In this document: positions 1 to 8,970 of the stretch, piece by piece
Numbering within the stretch: the stretch's first letter is position 1
Layout: each line of letters begins with the position of its first letter
DNA from: Ktedonobacterales bacterium
GTDB taxonomy: Bacteria; Chloroflexota; Ktedonobacteria; Ktedonobacterales; JADMIN01
Length of the DNA: 32,000 nt
Reading direction: 5' to 3'
Assembly (NCBI GenBank): GCA_030167145.1
Contig: CP126532.1
Coordinates: forward strand, 330,001-362,000
Made by a program: the position numbers and the translations under genes
Notes under the pieces: model-generated
Seen by the model: the letters and a program-made list of their open reading frames with translations, nothing else
Databases searched by the model: none
What the model was told of the DNA's origin: nothing

Positions 1-581
1 GGCTGAAAGAGTTTCTGGTGACGGCGGATGGGACGTTCGTGGAGAACCCCCGTCACTATCGCAAAGCCGAACGACAATTGAAGAAAGCCCAACGGCGTGT
101 TTCGCGGCGCAAGAAGGGGAGCAAGCGCCGGAAGAAAGCGGTACGGCTCCTCGCCAAGCGACACCAGCAGGTGCGGCGGCAACGGCACGATTTTCACCAC
201 AAAACGGTGTTTTCTTTGGTGCGCCAGTACGACACGATCTATCTCGAAGATTTGCGGGTCCGCAACCTGGTACGCAATCACCATCTGGCCAAAAGCATCT
301 CGGATGCGGGCTGGGCAGCGTTTCGTACCACACTTGAGTACAAGGCAGCATGCGCCGGTAAGCGAGTGGTTGCGCTGGACCCCAAGTACACCAGCCAGGA
401 CTGTAGTGGGATGCTGGACGATGGGCAGGGTGGCAAGACCCCCTGCGCTGAACGGATCCAGAAAAGCCTCTCGGTGCGCACCCACATTTGTCCGCGCTGT
501 GGGCTGATACTGGACCGCGACGAGAACGCGGCGAGGAATATTCTCAGGCTTGGGCAAAGCCTTCGTGGAGCCGTGGCGTAG
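1..581 (+). CDS. tnpB: TnpB (IS200/IS605-family OrfB, RNA-guided nuclease), C-terminal part; 5' end lies outside the window
   Basis: The frame is open from base 3 with no stop upstream of 18. It shows the lysine/arginine-rich helix KKAQRRVSRRKKGSKRRKKA, the zinc-finger CPRCG and the terminal RuvC-III-like DRDENAARNIL motif typical of TnpB/OrfB. Confidence 0.85.
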   Translation, partial: LKEFLVTADGTFVENPRHYRKAERQLKKAQRRVSRRKKGSKRRKKAVRLLAKRHQQVRRQRHDFHHKTVFSLVRQYDTIYLEDLRVRNLVRNHHLAKSISDAGWAAFRTTLEYKAACAGKRVVALDPKYTSQDCSGMLDDGQGGKTPCAERIQKSLSVRTHICPRCGLILDRDENAARNILRLGQSLRGAVA

Positions 582-689
582 GCTGCGGCGATGAAGCGAG
601 AATCCGTGGAGGCTCTAGCCCCGGCGGAGTATCAAAACTATCGCTAGTGATTCAATGGGGCAATTTTATAGGCGTGACTGCGTCGACGC

Positions 690-998
690 CGCGCCCCGCT
701 GGCGTGCTGATTGGCGCGCACCGTTGAGCTATCGATGCGCACTTCCCAGACCACCTGGCCTACGGCATCCGATTTGGTCTGCACCTGCGTCAGCATGCGA
801 TCCCATGTGCTGTCCCGTCGTCAGCGATAGAGCCAATCAGCACACGTGTGCAAGCGCCGTAGCGCTCGGGAAGATCCCGAAGATCCCATTGATGACCGTG
901 CGGTGATCCCGCCATTGCCCGCCACGTCGTCCACTTCTCGGCAGGAGTGGCTCAATGCTCGACCACGCCCTATCCGTCAACTTGCCTCGTCCTACCAT
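690..998 (-). pseudogene. IS5-family (DUF4096-type N-terminus) transposase remnant, multiply frameshifted and 3'-truncated
   Basis: Manual minus-strand translation across three frames gives LTDRAWSSIEPLLPRSGRRGGQWRDHRTVINGIF, then DLPERYG, then STWDRMLTQVQTKSDAVGQVVWEVRIDSSTVRANQHASGARR. The DDE catalytic part is absent. Confidence 0.6.
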
Positions 999-1288
999 CT
1001 AGCTTCCCCTCGTCTCGCACATGGACGTAACGAGGGTAGCATATCACGGGGTATTCGTCAGACAGACCCTAGATTTCACATCTGACACCTGAGTGTTCGT
1101 CAGTGCTCGTCTGTACGACAAATCCTTGTCCTTTGCAGTCATTCGGAGTGCTGATGGCGGAGGACGCAACGGATCACCCGTATGAGAGGGAGCATGCCCA
1201 TCATCTAGCCAGAGTTAGCAAAGCAATCTTAGCGCCTAGATATCCGCGCGTGGACATGGGTTCCAGGTGACAACAGAGATCTCAACTC

Positions 1289-1675
1289 TTGGCAACTACC
1301 GAACATGCCGTACTCGTCATCGGCCTCATCGTGGCTGTCTCACTGATCTTATCCACAGTGCCACATTTCCGCCGGCTCGATGTGCCAATCTCATTGGGGC
1401 CTGCATGGCTGCGACAGATAGAACGCATCGTTCGCCTCACCCTGGGCATACGCGTCATCTGTCTCGCGCTCTTCCTGATCGTCGGGCCACCCACGACAAG
1501 CTCGTCCACACCACAGCCAAGCATCCGTAGCTCACCGCCTATCACGTGTGGTAGGTCGCGGGAAGTCTGCGCGTGGGCGAGCCGGTGGTGCGGACGTCAG
1601 GAAGGTACTAAGCAGAGGCAGTCCGGTGTTTGCCCATTTGTTGACACTTTACGTGTACGATTGTACGATGCGTGA
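1289..1675 (+). CDS. hypothetical small membrane protein (TTG start in ORF track)
   Basis: Two hydrophobic helices (AVLVIGLIVAVSLILSTV, LTLGIRVICLALFLIVG) and reasonable GC3. There is no recognisable family and the start codon is weak. Confidence 0.3.
   Translation: MATTEHAVLVIGLIVAVSLILSTVPHFRRLDVPISLGPAWLRQIERIVRLTLGIRVICLALFLIVGPPTTSSSTPQPSIRSSPPITCGRSREVCAWASRWCGRQEGTKQRQSGVCPFVDTLRVRLYDA
1641..1669 (+). promoter_or_regulatory. sigma-70-like promoter: TTGACA, 17 nt spacer, TACGAT, overlapping a GTACGAT direct repeat
   Basis: TTGACA lies at 1641-1646 and TACGAT at 1664-1669. GTACGAT occurs at 1655-1661 and 1663-1669. The site is upstream of the rightward prophage-like gene string. Confidence 0.4.
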
Positions 1676-1739
1676 AGGAGATGGCGTGGCGGGGTCTGGG
1701 GTGTAGGGAGACAAGTGTCGGGGAAGGGACGGCGAGCGC

Positions 1740-1967
1740 ATGGAGCCACTGCAGCGGGCGTACTGCGAGCTGATGCTGGCGCGGGGGGTATGGCGCGCGG
1801 CGAAGGATGTGGAGGCGCAGGTGGCGCACTGGCTGCTGGAAGGGGCTGCGGCGCATGCTGATCTGCGGGCGGCACGGGAGCGCGAGAAGGCGGCGAAGGC
1901 GGCGCTGACGCGGGTGCAGCGGACGTATCAGCGGATGGCGGAGGCGCTGCTGCGTAGGGCGAGCTAG
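1740..1967 (+). CDS. hypothetical helical protein (prophage-associated)
   Basis: 75-aa ORF with high GC3, first gene after the predicted promoter. A GGGAAGGGA purine tract lies about 10 nt upstream. Confidence 0.5.
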   Translation: MEPLQRAYCELMLARGVWRAAKDVEAQVAHWLLEGAAAHADLRAAREREKAAKAALTRVQRTYQRMAEALLRRAS

Positions 1968-1987
1968 GGTTATACCGAGGTGGTGAG

Positions 1988-2344
1988 GTGGCGATATGGG
2001 GGGAGTGTATGGCAAGGCGGAAGCGGGTACGGCATGTTCGAGCGGTGAAGCCGAAGAAGCCGAAGAAACCGGCAAAGTGGCATGAGCAGCCAGGGGCGGG
2101 TAGCGCGGGCAAGGCACAACCAGTGGAGTCTGCTGGCCTTTCGGCGGCGGGCGGGTTGGTTGCCCTCGACCTGCTTGCCTCATCTGGCGCTGGCGGCGGT
2201 CTCTCCTCGGTGATGCTGAACCTGGTGGGGGATGGTGCGGTGCAGTTGAGTGCAGGTCTCGCGGCGTGGCAGCGCGAGCAGGACCGGGTAGCCAATCGTG
2301 CGTGGCGGCGTCCGGGTGGATTGCAACGGATGGGAGGGCTATGA
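1988..2344 (+). CDS. hypothetical protein with a basic N-terminus (RRKRVRHVRAVKPKKPKKPAK)
   Basis: ORF whose stop lies 1 nt before the next start (TGAGATG). An alternative ATG start is at 2009. Confidence 0.5.
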   Translation: MAIWGECMARRKRVRHVRAVKPKKPKKPAKWHEQPGAGSAGKAQPVESAGLSAAGGLVALDLLASSGAGGGLSSVMLNLVGDGAVQLSAGLAAWQREQDRVANRAWRRPGGLQRMGGL

Positions 2345-2345
2345 G

Positions 2346-3682
2346 ATGGCGCTGCGGTCAACGCTGGCACTCTATGCCTACACGTCGCCCACGGGCAGCG
2401 CGTATCCGCCGCTGGCACATGAGTACGGCGAGGCCATCGAGGCCCTGGAGTTTACGACGGTCGCGCCAGGGGGCTTCGGTGATCTGGCCTGTATGCTCAA
2501 ACTGCGGGATGCGCGTTTGCCAAGGCCGGAGCTTGGCTTATTCTCGCGCGTGGCGCTGCGGGATGGGCTGTTCACCTGCTTTAGCGGGGAGTGGTCGGAC
2601 CCGGCGCTGGTGCTGGACGGGACGCATGGCGGATTGGGCGATTACGTGCTGCTCTCGGCGCTCGGCGGTGGCGTGGCCTTGCGGGATGACCCGGATGATA
2701 GCGCGTATACGACACAGACCGCGCAGGCGATCATCGGCGCAGAGTTCTCGAAACGCGCGGCGAATCTCGCGCTGGACGCGGACCAGTCGGCGGTGCTGCC
2801 CACGGCGCCTGCCTCGACCTTTTCGCCCATCTACGATGGCTACACCCTGGAAGAGATCTGCCATGACCTCGCCTTCGACCTGGGCGATTACATGTGGGTG
2901 GTCTATGAGCATCCCAAGAATAGAGACAGCGCGGGCTATCCCACATGGCAACTCCGCATGCACCCACGAGATACACAGGCGACGACGTACATGGCGCTCG
3001 GTAGCGATATCCTTTCGTGGCGCGTGCAGCCGTCGCAGCAGCGGGCCTACAACGTGGTGCAGGTGGCGTATGTGGACGTGAGCGGTGGGCCAGCGACGGT
3101 GACGGTGTCGGGGTGACGGTGTCGGATGCGCGGTTAGCAGTCGGTGGGGGGCAGGGCAGCGCGCCATTCCAGCGAAGAAAGCTGCGCAGAAGTTTGGGCA
3201 AGAGTCCACTGACGGGCGCACAGGCGACGGCGATAGCCAATGCGTGGCTGGCGGCGTATAGCAATATCACGAATAAGGTGGAGGTGGAACTGCGGTCGGT
3301 GCGGGATGCGAATGGGCGGGCGCTGCCGCTCCATCAGGTGCGGGCGGACGGCAACCTGTATGTGCCGGAGTTGGCGGTACGCGGACAGCAATTATCGAGC
3401 GGGCCGGTGGCGGGCACCAATCAGTTTTACATCGTCGAGACGGTGTACAAGGAGACGGCGGCGGGTGACGTGCGCTTGGTGTTGCACCTGGACAATTACG
3501 CGGATGCGGTGGGGGCGGAACTGGCGCGGCTGAAGCTGGCGTATGACGCGGCGAGCCGGGCACGGGGACGTACCGGCAGCCGATCTCGCCAGGTGTGCCA
3601 GTGGTCGGCGGCTGCGGGGAATGCTGCGGCGGGCATGCCCATCACTGATGAGGAAGACGTGGCGACAGGCAACGACCAGTAG
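2346..3682 (+). pseudogene. phage-associated structural-like protein (about 440 aa if repaired), split by a 14-bp tandem duplication
   Basis: ORFs 2298..3116 and 3017..3682 join into one continuous frame (..GPATVTVSDARLAVGGGQG..) when one copy of GGTGACGGTGTCGG is removed. GGGAGGG RBS precedes the ATG at 2346. Confidence 0.6.
3098..3125. repeat. perfect 14-bp tandem duplication, GGTGACGGTGTCGG x2
   Basis: Read directly: copies at 3098-3111 and 3112-3125. Confidence 0.95.
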
Positions 3683-3707
3683 GGCAAGCAAGGACGGCGG
3701 CACCGAC

Positions 3708-4391
3708 ATGGCAAACATGACAGACAAGGCGAAGCAGCTACAGCCCACAGAAGAAGGAAGCGTGCAGCAGCATGCGGCCACGGAGGATCTGCGTGCGCGG
3801 GTGTGGGAGCTGCATTTGCGCGGGGCGACGAAACGGCGGATTGCGGAGGTGGTGGGGGTTCACCGGCAGACGGTAGGGCGCTGGTTGGCGGCGGGATATG
3901 CGGAACTGGAGGCGGACCGCAAAGCGCGGCAGAAGCGGCTGTTGGTGGCGGCGGTGGCGCGGATGCGACGGGTGCAGGAGCAGGCGTGGGATGACCACGA
4001 TGCCGACGATGCGCGCGAGCAGGCGGTGCTTGATGCGGCCCTCTTCGGAACGGCTCAGAGGGGCCGCTCTGCGGCGCTCAGTGTGGCGGCAACGTCAGAG
4101 GGGAACGATGAGAGAGGCGGCGGCGGTGTTCAGGGGATACGCTTGCAATCGCAGCGAGCGCAATACCTGCGGGTGGTGCTGGACGCCGAGAAGGAGATTG
4201 CGCGGCTAGAGGGGCTGTACGAGGCGACAGGGGATGAGGGCGCGGCGGTGTCGTTCGTGGTACTTCGGGATGATGGGGGAATCCATGGGAGCCGTCTGAC
4301 GGCCAGCGTGGGGCTGCTCAGGGGCAAACGGGGCGCGGGTAGCTCAGGTGATGGCGCAGATGGCGGCGGGGAATCCGACGATGGTGAGTAA
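3708..4391 (+). CDS. terminase small-subunit-like HTH protein
   Basis: N-terminal HTH (RRIAEVVGVHRQTVGRWL) followed by a helical region. It sits immediately upstream of and overlaps the large terminase gene. The ATG at 3708 follows the stop of the preceding gene. Confidence 0.5.
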   Translation: MANMTDKAKQLQPTEEGSVQQHAATEDLRARVWELHLRGATKRRIAEVVGVHRQTVGRWLAAGYAELEADRKARQKRLLVAAVARMRRVQEQAWDDHDADDAREQAVLDAALFGTAQRGRSAALSVAATSEGNDERGGGGVQGIRLQSQRAQYLRVVLDAEKEIARLEGLYEATGDEGAAVSFVVLRDDGGIHGSRLTASVGLLRGKRGAGSSGDGADGGGESDDGE

Positions 4392-5748
4392 ACGTGCGGG
4401 TGTGCGGCGTCAGCGGGCTGCTCACGAGGCTATGAGCCGGAAGCGGGAACTGTTGCTCAATCCGAAGCAGTACGATTTCGTGTTTAGTGAGGCGCGGTTC
4501 AGCTTCTATGTGGGGGGTATCGGCGCGGGCAAGACGTATGCGGGGGCGCTGCGGGCGCTGTTTGCGGCGCAGCAGATGCCCGGGTCGCTGGGGCTGGTGG
4601 GCGCCCCCACCTATCCGATGCTGCGAGATGCCACACAGCGGACGTTCTTCGCGCTCTGCCCCGACGCGCTGGTGCGCTCGTGGAACAAGACCGAGCAACA
4701 TCTGGTGTTCACCAATGGGAGCGAGATACTGTTCAGGAGCATGGACGCGCCCGATCGGGTGCGTGGGCTGAATCTGGCGTGGGCCTGGCTGGATGAAGCG
4801 CCGCTCTGCGGACACTACGCCTGGCAACTGCTCAAAGGCAGATTGCGGCAACCAGGGTTTGCCACGAGCGTGTGGGCGACGGGGACGCCGCATGGTCGAG
4901 ATGGCTACGCGCGTGACTTCGAGTTGGAGCCGCGGGAGGGGCATGCGCTGTATCGGGCTTCGACCAGGGAGAATGCGCGCAACCTGCCGCCAGGGTTCAT
5001 CGAGGACTTGGGGTATACGGGTCAGTTCGCCGCGCAGGAGATCGAGGGTCAGTTCGTCGCGTTCGAAGGGCTGGTGTATAGCTTCGATGCCGATGCCACG
5101 GATGGCAATATCAGGACGTGGCCGGCCACCAGCGCAGACTTCCGCAGCGTGGTGGGTGGCATAGATTGGGGCTACACGAATCCAGCGGCGGCGGTGGTGT
5201 TCGGGCTGGATGGGGACGGGCGAGCGTGGCAGGTGGACGAGTTCTATCAGCGGCGGGCGGGGCTGGAAGAGACGGTGCTACCGGCGATTGTGGCGCTCAC
5301 ACGGCGGCATGGGGTGGCGCGGTGGTATGCGGACAGCGAAGACCCGGAGGCGATAGACCGGCTCAACGCGGCGCTGGCGAAGGAGGGGTTGCAGACACGG
5401 GCGCGGGCGGCGGTGAAGGGGGCTGGCAGTGTGCGGGCAGGGATCCAGACGGTGACGGGATTGCTCTCGAAGCGGGGAGATGGCAAGGGAGGATACACAC
5501 GGGGATTGTACGTGGATGGGCGGTGCGTGAACACGATTGCGGAGTATGGCACGTATGCGTATGCCACGGTAGATCGGGCGAAACGGGATGCGTCGGAGGA
5601 GCCGCTGAAGCAGAGCGACCATGCGCTCGATGCGAGCCGGTATGCGCTGCATGGGGAGTTGGCGGGTGCGGCGAAGACGGAGGCGTACTTGGCGGCGATG
5701 GCTCAGCCACTGCGGCGAAATATGAGTGAGGAGGTGGTGAGGCAATGA
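4348..5748 (+). CDS. terL: phage terminase large subunit
   Basis: Walker A (YVGGIGAGKT) and Walker B (LAWAWLDEA). RNaseH-like nuclease motifs (GGIDWGYTNPAAAVVFGLD, YADSEDPEAIDRL, SDHALDASRYAL). An alternative ATG start is at 4381. Confidence 0.9.
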   Translation: MMAQMAAGNPTMVSKRAGVRRQRAAHEAMSRKRELLLNPKQYDFVFSEARFSFYVGGIGAGKTYAGALRALFAAQQMPGSLGLVGAPTYPMLRDATQRTFFALCPDALVRSWNKTEQHLVFTNGSEILFRSMDAPDRVRGLNLAWAWLDEAPLCGHYAWQLLKGRLRQPGFATSVWATGTPHGRDGYARDFELEPREGHALYRASTRENARNLPPGFIEDLGYTGQFAAQEIEGQFVAFEGLVYSFDADATDGNIRTWPATSADFRSVVGGIDWGYTNPAAAVVFGLDGDGRAWQVDEFYQRRAGLEETVLPAIVALTRRHGVARWYADSEDPEAIDRLNAALAKEGLQTRARAAVKGAGSVRAGIQTVTGLLSKRGDGKGGYTRGLYVDGRCVNTIAEYGTYAYATVDRAKRDASEEPLKQSDHALDASRYALHGELAGAAKTEAYLAAMAQPLRRNMSEEVVRQ

Positions 5749-6692
5749 TGGTCAATGTGCCGGTGGTGAATCAGCGGACGCAGCAGGGCGCAGATGGCCG
5801 GCCGCCGGAAGATGGCAATATGGACTGCGTGCCCGCGTCGCTCTCGGCGATGGTTCAGGCGCTGACGAGTTGTACGCAAAATGCGGACGCCTGGCATGAT
5901 GCGGTGTATGGGCAGGGCTACGTGGGGATGCAAGACCCGGCGCGGTACGTGGACTACGCCGGTCGGCTGGGTGTGCGGATGACGACGGTATGGCCGGGGA
6001 CGCCACAAGAGATGCTGGCGCGAGTGGTCGCTGATATTCGCGCGGGGCATCCGGTGCTGCTTTCGATTCCGAGCGATTGGCTGGATGAGCCGCCGCACAG
6101 TCAGTACGCGCATATGGTCGCGGGCTGCGATGTGTCCAGCGACGGCGGCGAACTGACCTGCATGAATCCGTGGACGGCGGCGTATGAGACGTATACGCTG
6201 GCCTGGTGGGCCGAGCGGCTTGGGTGCTGCTCGTACAAAACAGTGTGGGTGCTAGAGAAGGTGGAGGGTAGTCAGGTGGACAACTGGACGGATGTGAGCG
6301 ATGCCAGCGGGGCTGGCGCGAAGGACCAGCATGGGAATGAATTGCGCTTCGGGCAGGCGGCGTATGTGCTGGCGAACAAGAGCACGGCGAATGCTATCGA
6401 GGGCGTGGCGGCGCAGGCGTACCCCTTCGGCGGCGATTTCAGCGTCACGGCGCTGGAAGATGGGACAGCGTTGATCTACGGCAAGGCGTCGAATGTGGTG
6501 AGCCATGTCGGCGGGGATGCGGGCGCGGTGGTCAGTGGGCTGTATCTGGCGCTGGTGAAACTGCAGCAGGCTGATCCTGGGCAGGGTGGTAATCCTCCTC
6601 TTCCGCCTGGGAATGATGCGGCGGATGTGTCACTGGCTGCGGTGCGGGCGCTAGCGGCGGCATTGGCGGAGATTGCGGGAGCGGGGAAGTAG
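5745..6692 (+). CDS. putative papain/C39-like cysteine peptidase domain protein (possible lysin), with a C-terminal Ala/Gly-rich region
   Basis: ATGA overlap with the terL stop and a GAGGAGGTGGTGAGG RBS. Candidate catalytic Cys (GNMDCVPASL) and His (YAHMVAGCD). The family assignment is tentative. Confidence 0.55.
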   Translation: MMVNVPVVNQRTQQGADGRPPEDGNMDCVPASLSAMVQALTSCTQNADAWHDAVYGQGYVGMQDPARYVDYAGRLGVRMTTVWPGTPQEMLARVVADIRAGHPVLLSIPSDWLDEPPHSQYAHMVAGCDVSSDGGELTCMNPWTAAYETYTLAWWAERLGCCSYKTVWVLEKVEGSQVDNWTDVSDASGAGAKDQHGNELRFGQAAYVLANKSTANAIEGVAAQAYPFGGDFSVTALEDGTALIYGKASNVVSHVGGDAGAVVSGLYLALVKLQQADPGQGGNPPLPPGNDAADVSLAAVRALAAALAEIAGAGK

Positions 6693-6772
6693 CGCTCGGT
6701 TTGGTATTGGCGGCTGTGGTCGTCACGCGAATCAGGCTATCGTCACGGCGCACGACCTGCGGCGTGGTGCGG

Positions 6773-7678
6773 TCACAGCCGCAAGTGCATCTCGTGCTGC
6801 GTAAAGAGCACCGCGGCGCCGAGCTCCTGGCAGAGGCCGTGCAGGCGTGTGCCCACAGGCTCATTGACGACCCGGACACGCTCTGCGCCGTTCAGAAGGC
6901 GCGTGAGCCAGCCCGCCAGGTCAGCTGGGGTGGGCGCGTCGCTGAGGATGGCGGCCTGCACGGTGAGCAGTGACCCGGTGCGCTGGAAGGCCAGACTGGA
7001 GACGCTGCCATCGGGATGCGGGAGGCGGCTCCCCTCCAATTCGAGCATGAGCAAGGAAGCAGGCTCGCGCTGCCACGGTGGCGGCGCGGTCTGGCCCACC
7101 GCCTGGCTGGCGAGCAAGTCGCCCAGCACGAGATCTAGCGGTACCGGCTCCGGCTCAGGATGAGGGTGAGGATGAGGGTGAGGATGAGGGTGAGGCGTGC
7201 GCTGGGAGTCAGTGGCTCGCGCGGCGAGTTGCTCCGGGGTCAGCACATAGCCAGTCAGCAGGCGGTGCGTCACAAAGCCTGCCCGCTCATAGACGGTGCG
7301 GGCTGGGTCGTTCTGAGCTAGCACCTCGAGTTGCAGGAGGGTGGCGCCTGCTGTGCGCGCAGTGGCCACCATGTGGCTGGCTAGGCGGTGGGCCAGCCCC
7401 TGCCCGCGAAAGGCGGCAGCGATGCCAAACCCGCCGCACCACGCCCGGGTTCCATGGAACGCCAGGCGCGCATGGCCGACGAAGGCACCGCCCTCAGTGC
7501 GAAGCACGAGGCTGCGGCGCAGATCCAGGTGGTAGAGCCGCCAGAAGTCGGCCATCTGCTCGGCGGTCATGTCAAAAGGCACGAAATAGTCGGCGAAGCT
7601 GAGATTATGCGACTCCGCGAGCTGCGGCATGGAATAGGTGAGCGTGGACTCGACTGTGAACTGCTGATGGCTGGTCAT
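6773..7678 (-). CDS. GNAT-family N-acetyltransferase with an HP/EP linker and a C-terminal second domain
   Basis: Acetyl-CoA motif FRGQGLAHRLASHMV. Start reassigned to MTSHQQ (ATG at 7678), which is preceded by AAGGGGGAGG. The upstream extension in the ORF track is not supported. Confidence 0.85.
   Translation of the reverse strand: MTSHQQFTVESTLTYSMPQLAESHNLSFADYFVPFDMTAEQMADFWRLYHLDLRRSLVLRTEGGAFVGHARLAFHGTRAWCGGFGIAAAFRGQGLAHRLASHMVATARTAGATLLQLEVLAQNDPARTVYERAGFVTHRLLTGYVLTPEQLAARATDSQRTPHPHPHPHPHPHPEPEPVPLDLVLGDLLASQAVGQTAPPPWQREPASLLMLELEGSRLPHPDGSVSSLAFQRTGSLLTVQAAILSDAPTPADLAGWLTRLLNGAERVRVVNEPVGTRLHGLCQELGAAVLFTQHEMHLRL
7158..7193. repeat. 12-bp tandem repeat AGGATGAGGGTG x3, in frame, encoding (HP)6 on the minus strand
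   Basis: Read directly from the sequence, inside the GNAT gene. Confidence 0.9.
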
Positions 7679-7920
7679 CGCCTCCCCCTTCGTATGGCGA
7701 GCTCGCCGCTGCCGACGAGGCGGAAAGCGATGCTCCGTGTGGACCGTGTCTGGACGCTGCGCAGTATACCATGCGGGCATGAGGTGGGGTCGGGATGCTG
7801 CCGCTGGCAACGGTGCGATGATGGCTGGCATAGGTGGATTTGCGGCTGCTGTAACCACAGCACGTATGCTCTTTCGACTGGTTGGACATGACCAACCGAC
7901 CCGATCAGGAGGAGGGAACG

Positions 7921-8064
7921 ATGTCTGCTCGCATCAAGGTGACCCGTTGGCTTTGCGTCCTGACGCTGGCAGTGGTCGTCGCGCTCAGTGTCGCCGCGTG
8001 TGGCAGTTCCGCAGCGCCGAGCGGTCCTGGCAGCGTGTCCACGCAGAGTAGCAGTGGGTATTGA
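7921..8064 (+). CDS. small putative lipoprotein (47 aa)
   Basis: CAGGAGGAGGGAACG precedes the ATG. Signal peptide with lipobox LSVAAC followed by a Ser/Gly-rich tail. High GC3. Confidence 0.5.
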   Translation: MSARIKVTRWLCVLTLAVVVALSVAACGSSAAPSGPGSVSTQSSSGY

Positions 8065-8196
8065 GCGTGCGCTGCTGGGATGCCGCCACCCACCAAAGAT
8101 GTGGCGGCGGTGGCGGCGATTCGGGCGCTGGGGGCAGTGTTGGGGGCAGCGCTGGCGCACGTGAGGTGCGCGAACACGCTCCAGCGTCCTCCAACC

Positions 8197-8616
8197 TCAC
8201 CATGCGCCCCAGACACCGGCCTTGCGGTAGCCCGCCAGCATCGCCAGCGCGATGCCAAATTGGCTGAGGCCAACGACCCCCTGGAACACGACATCCCAGG
8301 TGGGACCTTGACGCGGCACAGCGCCAGTGAGCTGAAGCGCGGCGCTGGGCACGCGGACGATGCCGGCCAGGAAGACGACGAGGATCAGCCAGAAGGTCCA
8401 GCGCCAGCTACGGATGACGCCGGTAGACAGCAGCGCGAAGAGTGCCGTGAGGGCCAGGAGCGCGCCGACCTCTGCCAAGCGCGGATGGCCTGTGAGCCGC
8501 ACCAGCGCGTGCGGGAGTTGTGCGTCGTAGACCGTGCGGGCCGCCGCCAGGATGACGACCACGGCGACCCAGTAGACGGCGAAAAGGACGAGCACCAGCG
8601 CCTTGGTACGGTTCAT
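8197..8616 (-). CDS. hypothetical 4-TM membrane protein
   Basis: 139 to 140 aa with four hydrophobic segments. ATG at 8616, or GTG at 8619, with an AAGG upstream. Confidence 0.7.
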   Translation of the reverse strand: MNRTKALVLVLFAVYWVAVVVILAAARTVYDAQLPHALVRLTGHPRLAEVGALLALTALFALLSTGVIRSWRWTFWLILVVFLAGIVRVPSAALQLTGAVPRQGPTWDVVFQGVVGLSQFGIALAMLAGYRKAGVWGAW

Positions 8617-8970
8617 CACCTGACCTTACGCACCGAACGCGCACCGAAGTGGCGGACCATGCTGGGGAGACACGCGGGAGACACGCGTAAGCGCCAGCAC
8701 CCACAAGTATAGTCCATCTCGTCCATCTCTCGTCCATGATGGGGGGCAGGATGCGGCGGTGGTGGCGGCGATCAAGGCGTTGGCGGCGCTGAGCGGCAAG
8801 TAGTGGCACGAGTGGGAAGTAGTGAGCGTGAAAGAGAAGCGAATCGGCGCGCGCCCCTGCGGGCCGGAAGGTGGCTGGCGGGGGCGCTGCGGTTCTGGCT
8901 AGGTAAGACAGACAACACTACTGGCGTGACGTGTTGCCGTAGTACACCGCGCTGGCTATCGTTCTCAATC

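Noticed and set aside
1597-2418. Long minus-strand ORFs (273 aa and 191 aa), Pro/Ala/Arg-rich
   Set aside because: Typical antisense shadow ORFs of high-GC coding sequence. They have low-complexity composition and no start context, and they overlap better-supported plus-strand genes.
6773-7858. 60-aa N-terminal extension of the GNAT ORF, and the 7882 start of the small lipoprotein ORF
   Set aside because: Internal ATGs at 7678 and 7921 have strong purine-rich RBSs and give family-typical or signal-peptide N-termini.
8080-8809. 210-aa plus-strand and 133-aa minus-strand ORFs overlapping the 8197..8616 membrane-protein gene
   Set aside because: The minus-strand membrane protein has coherent TM helices and an RBS. 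The overlapping frames are charged, low-complexity sequences without signals.
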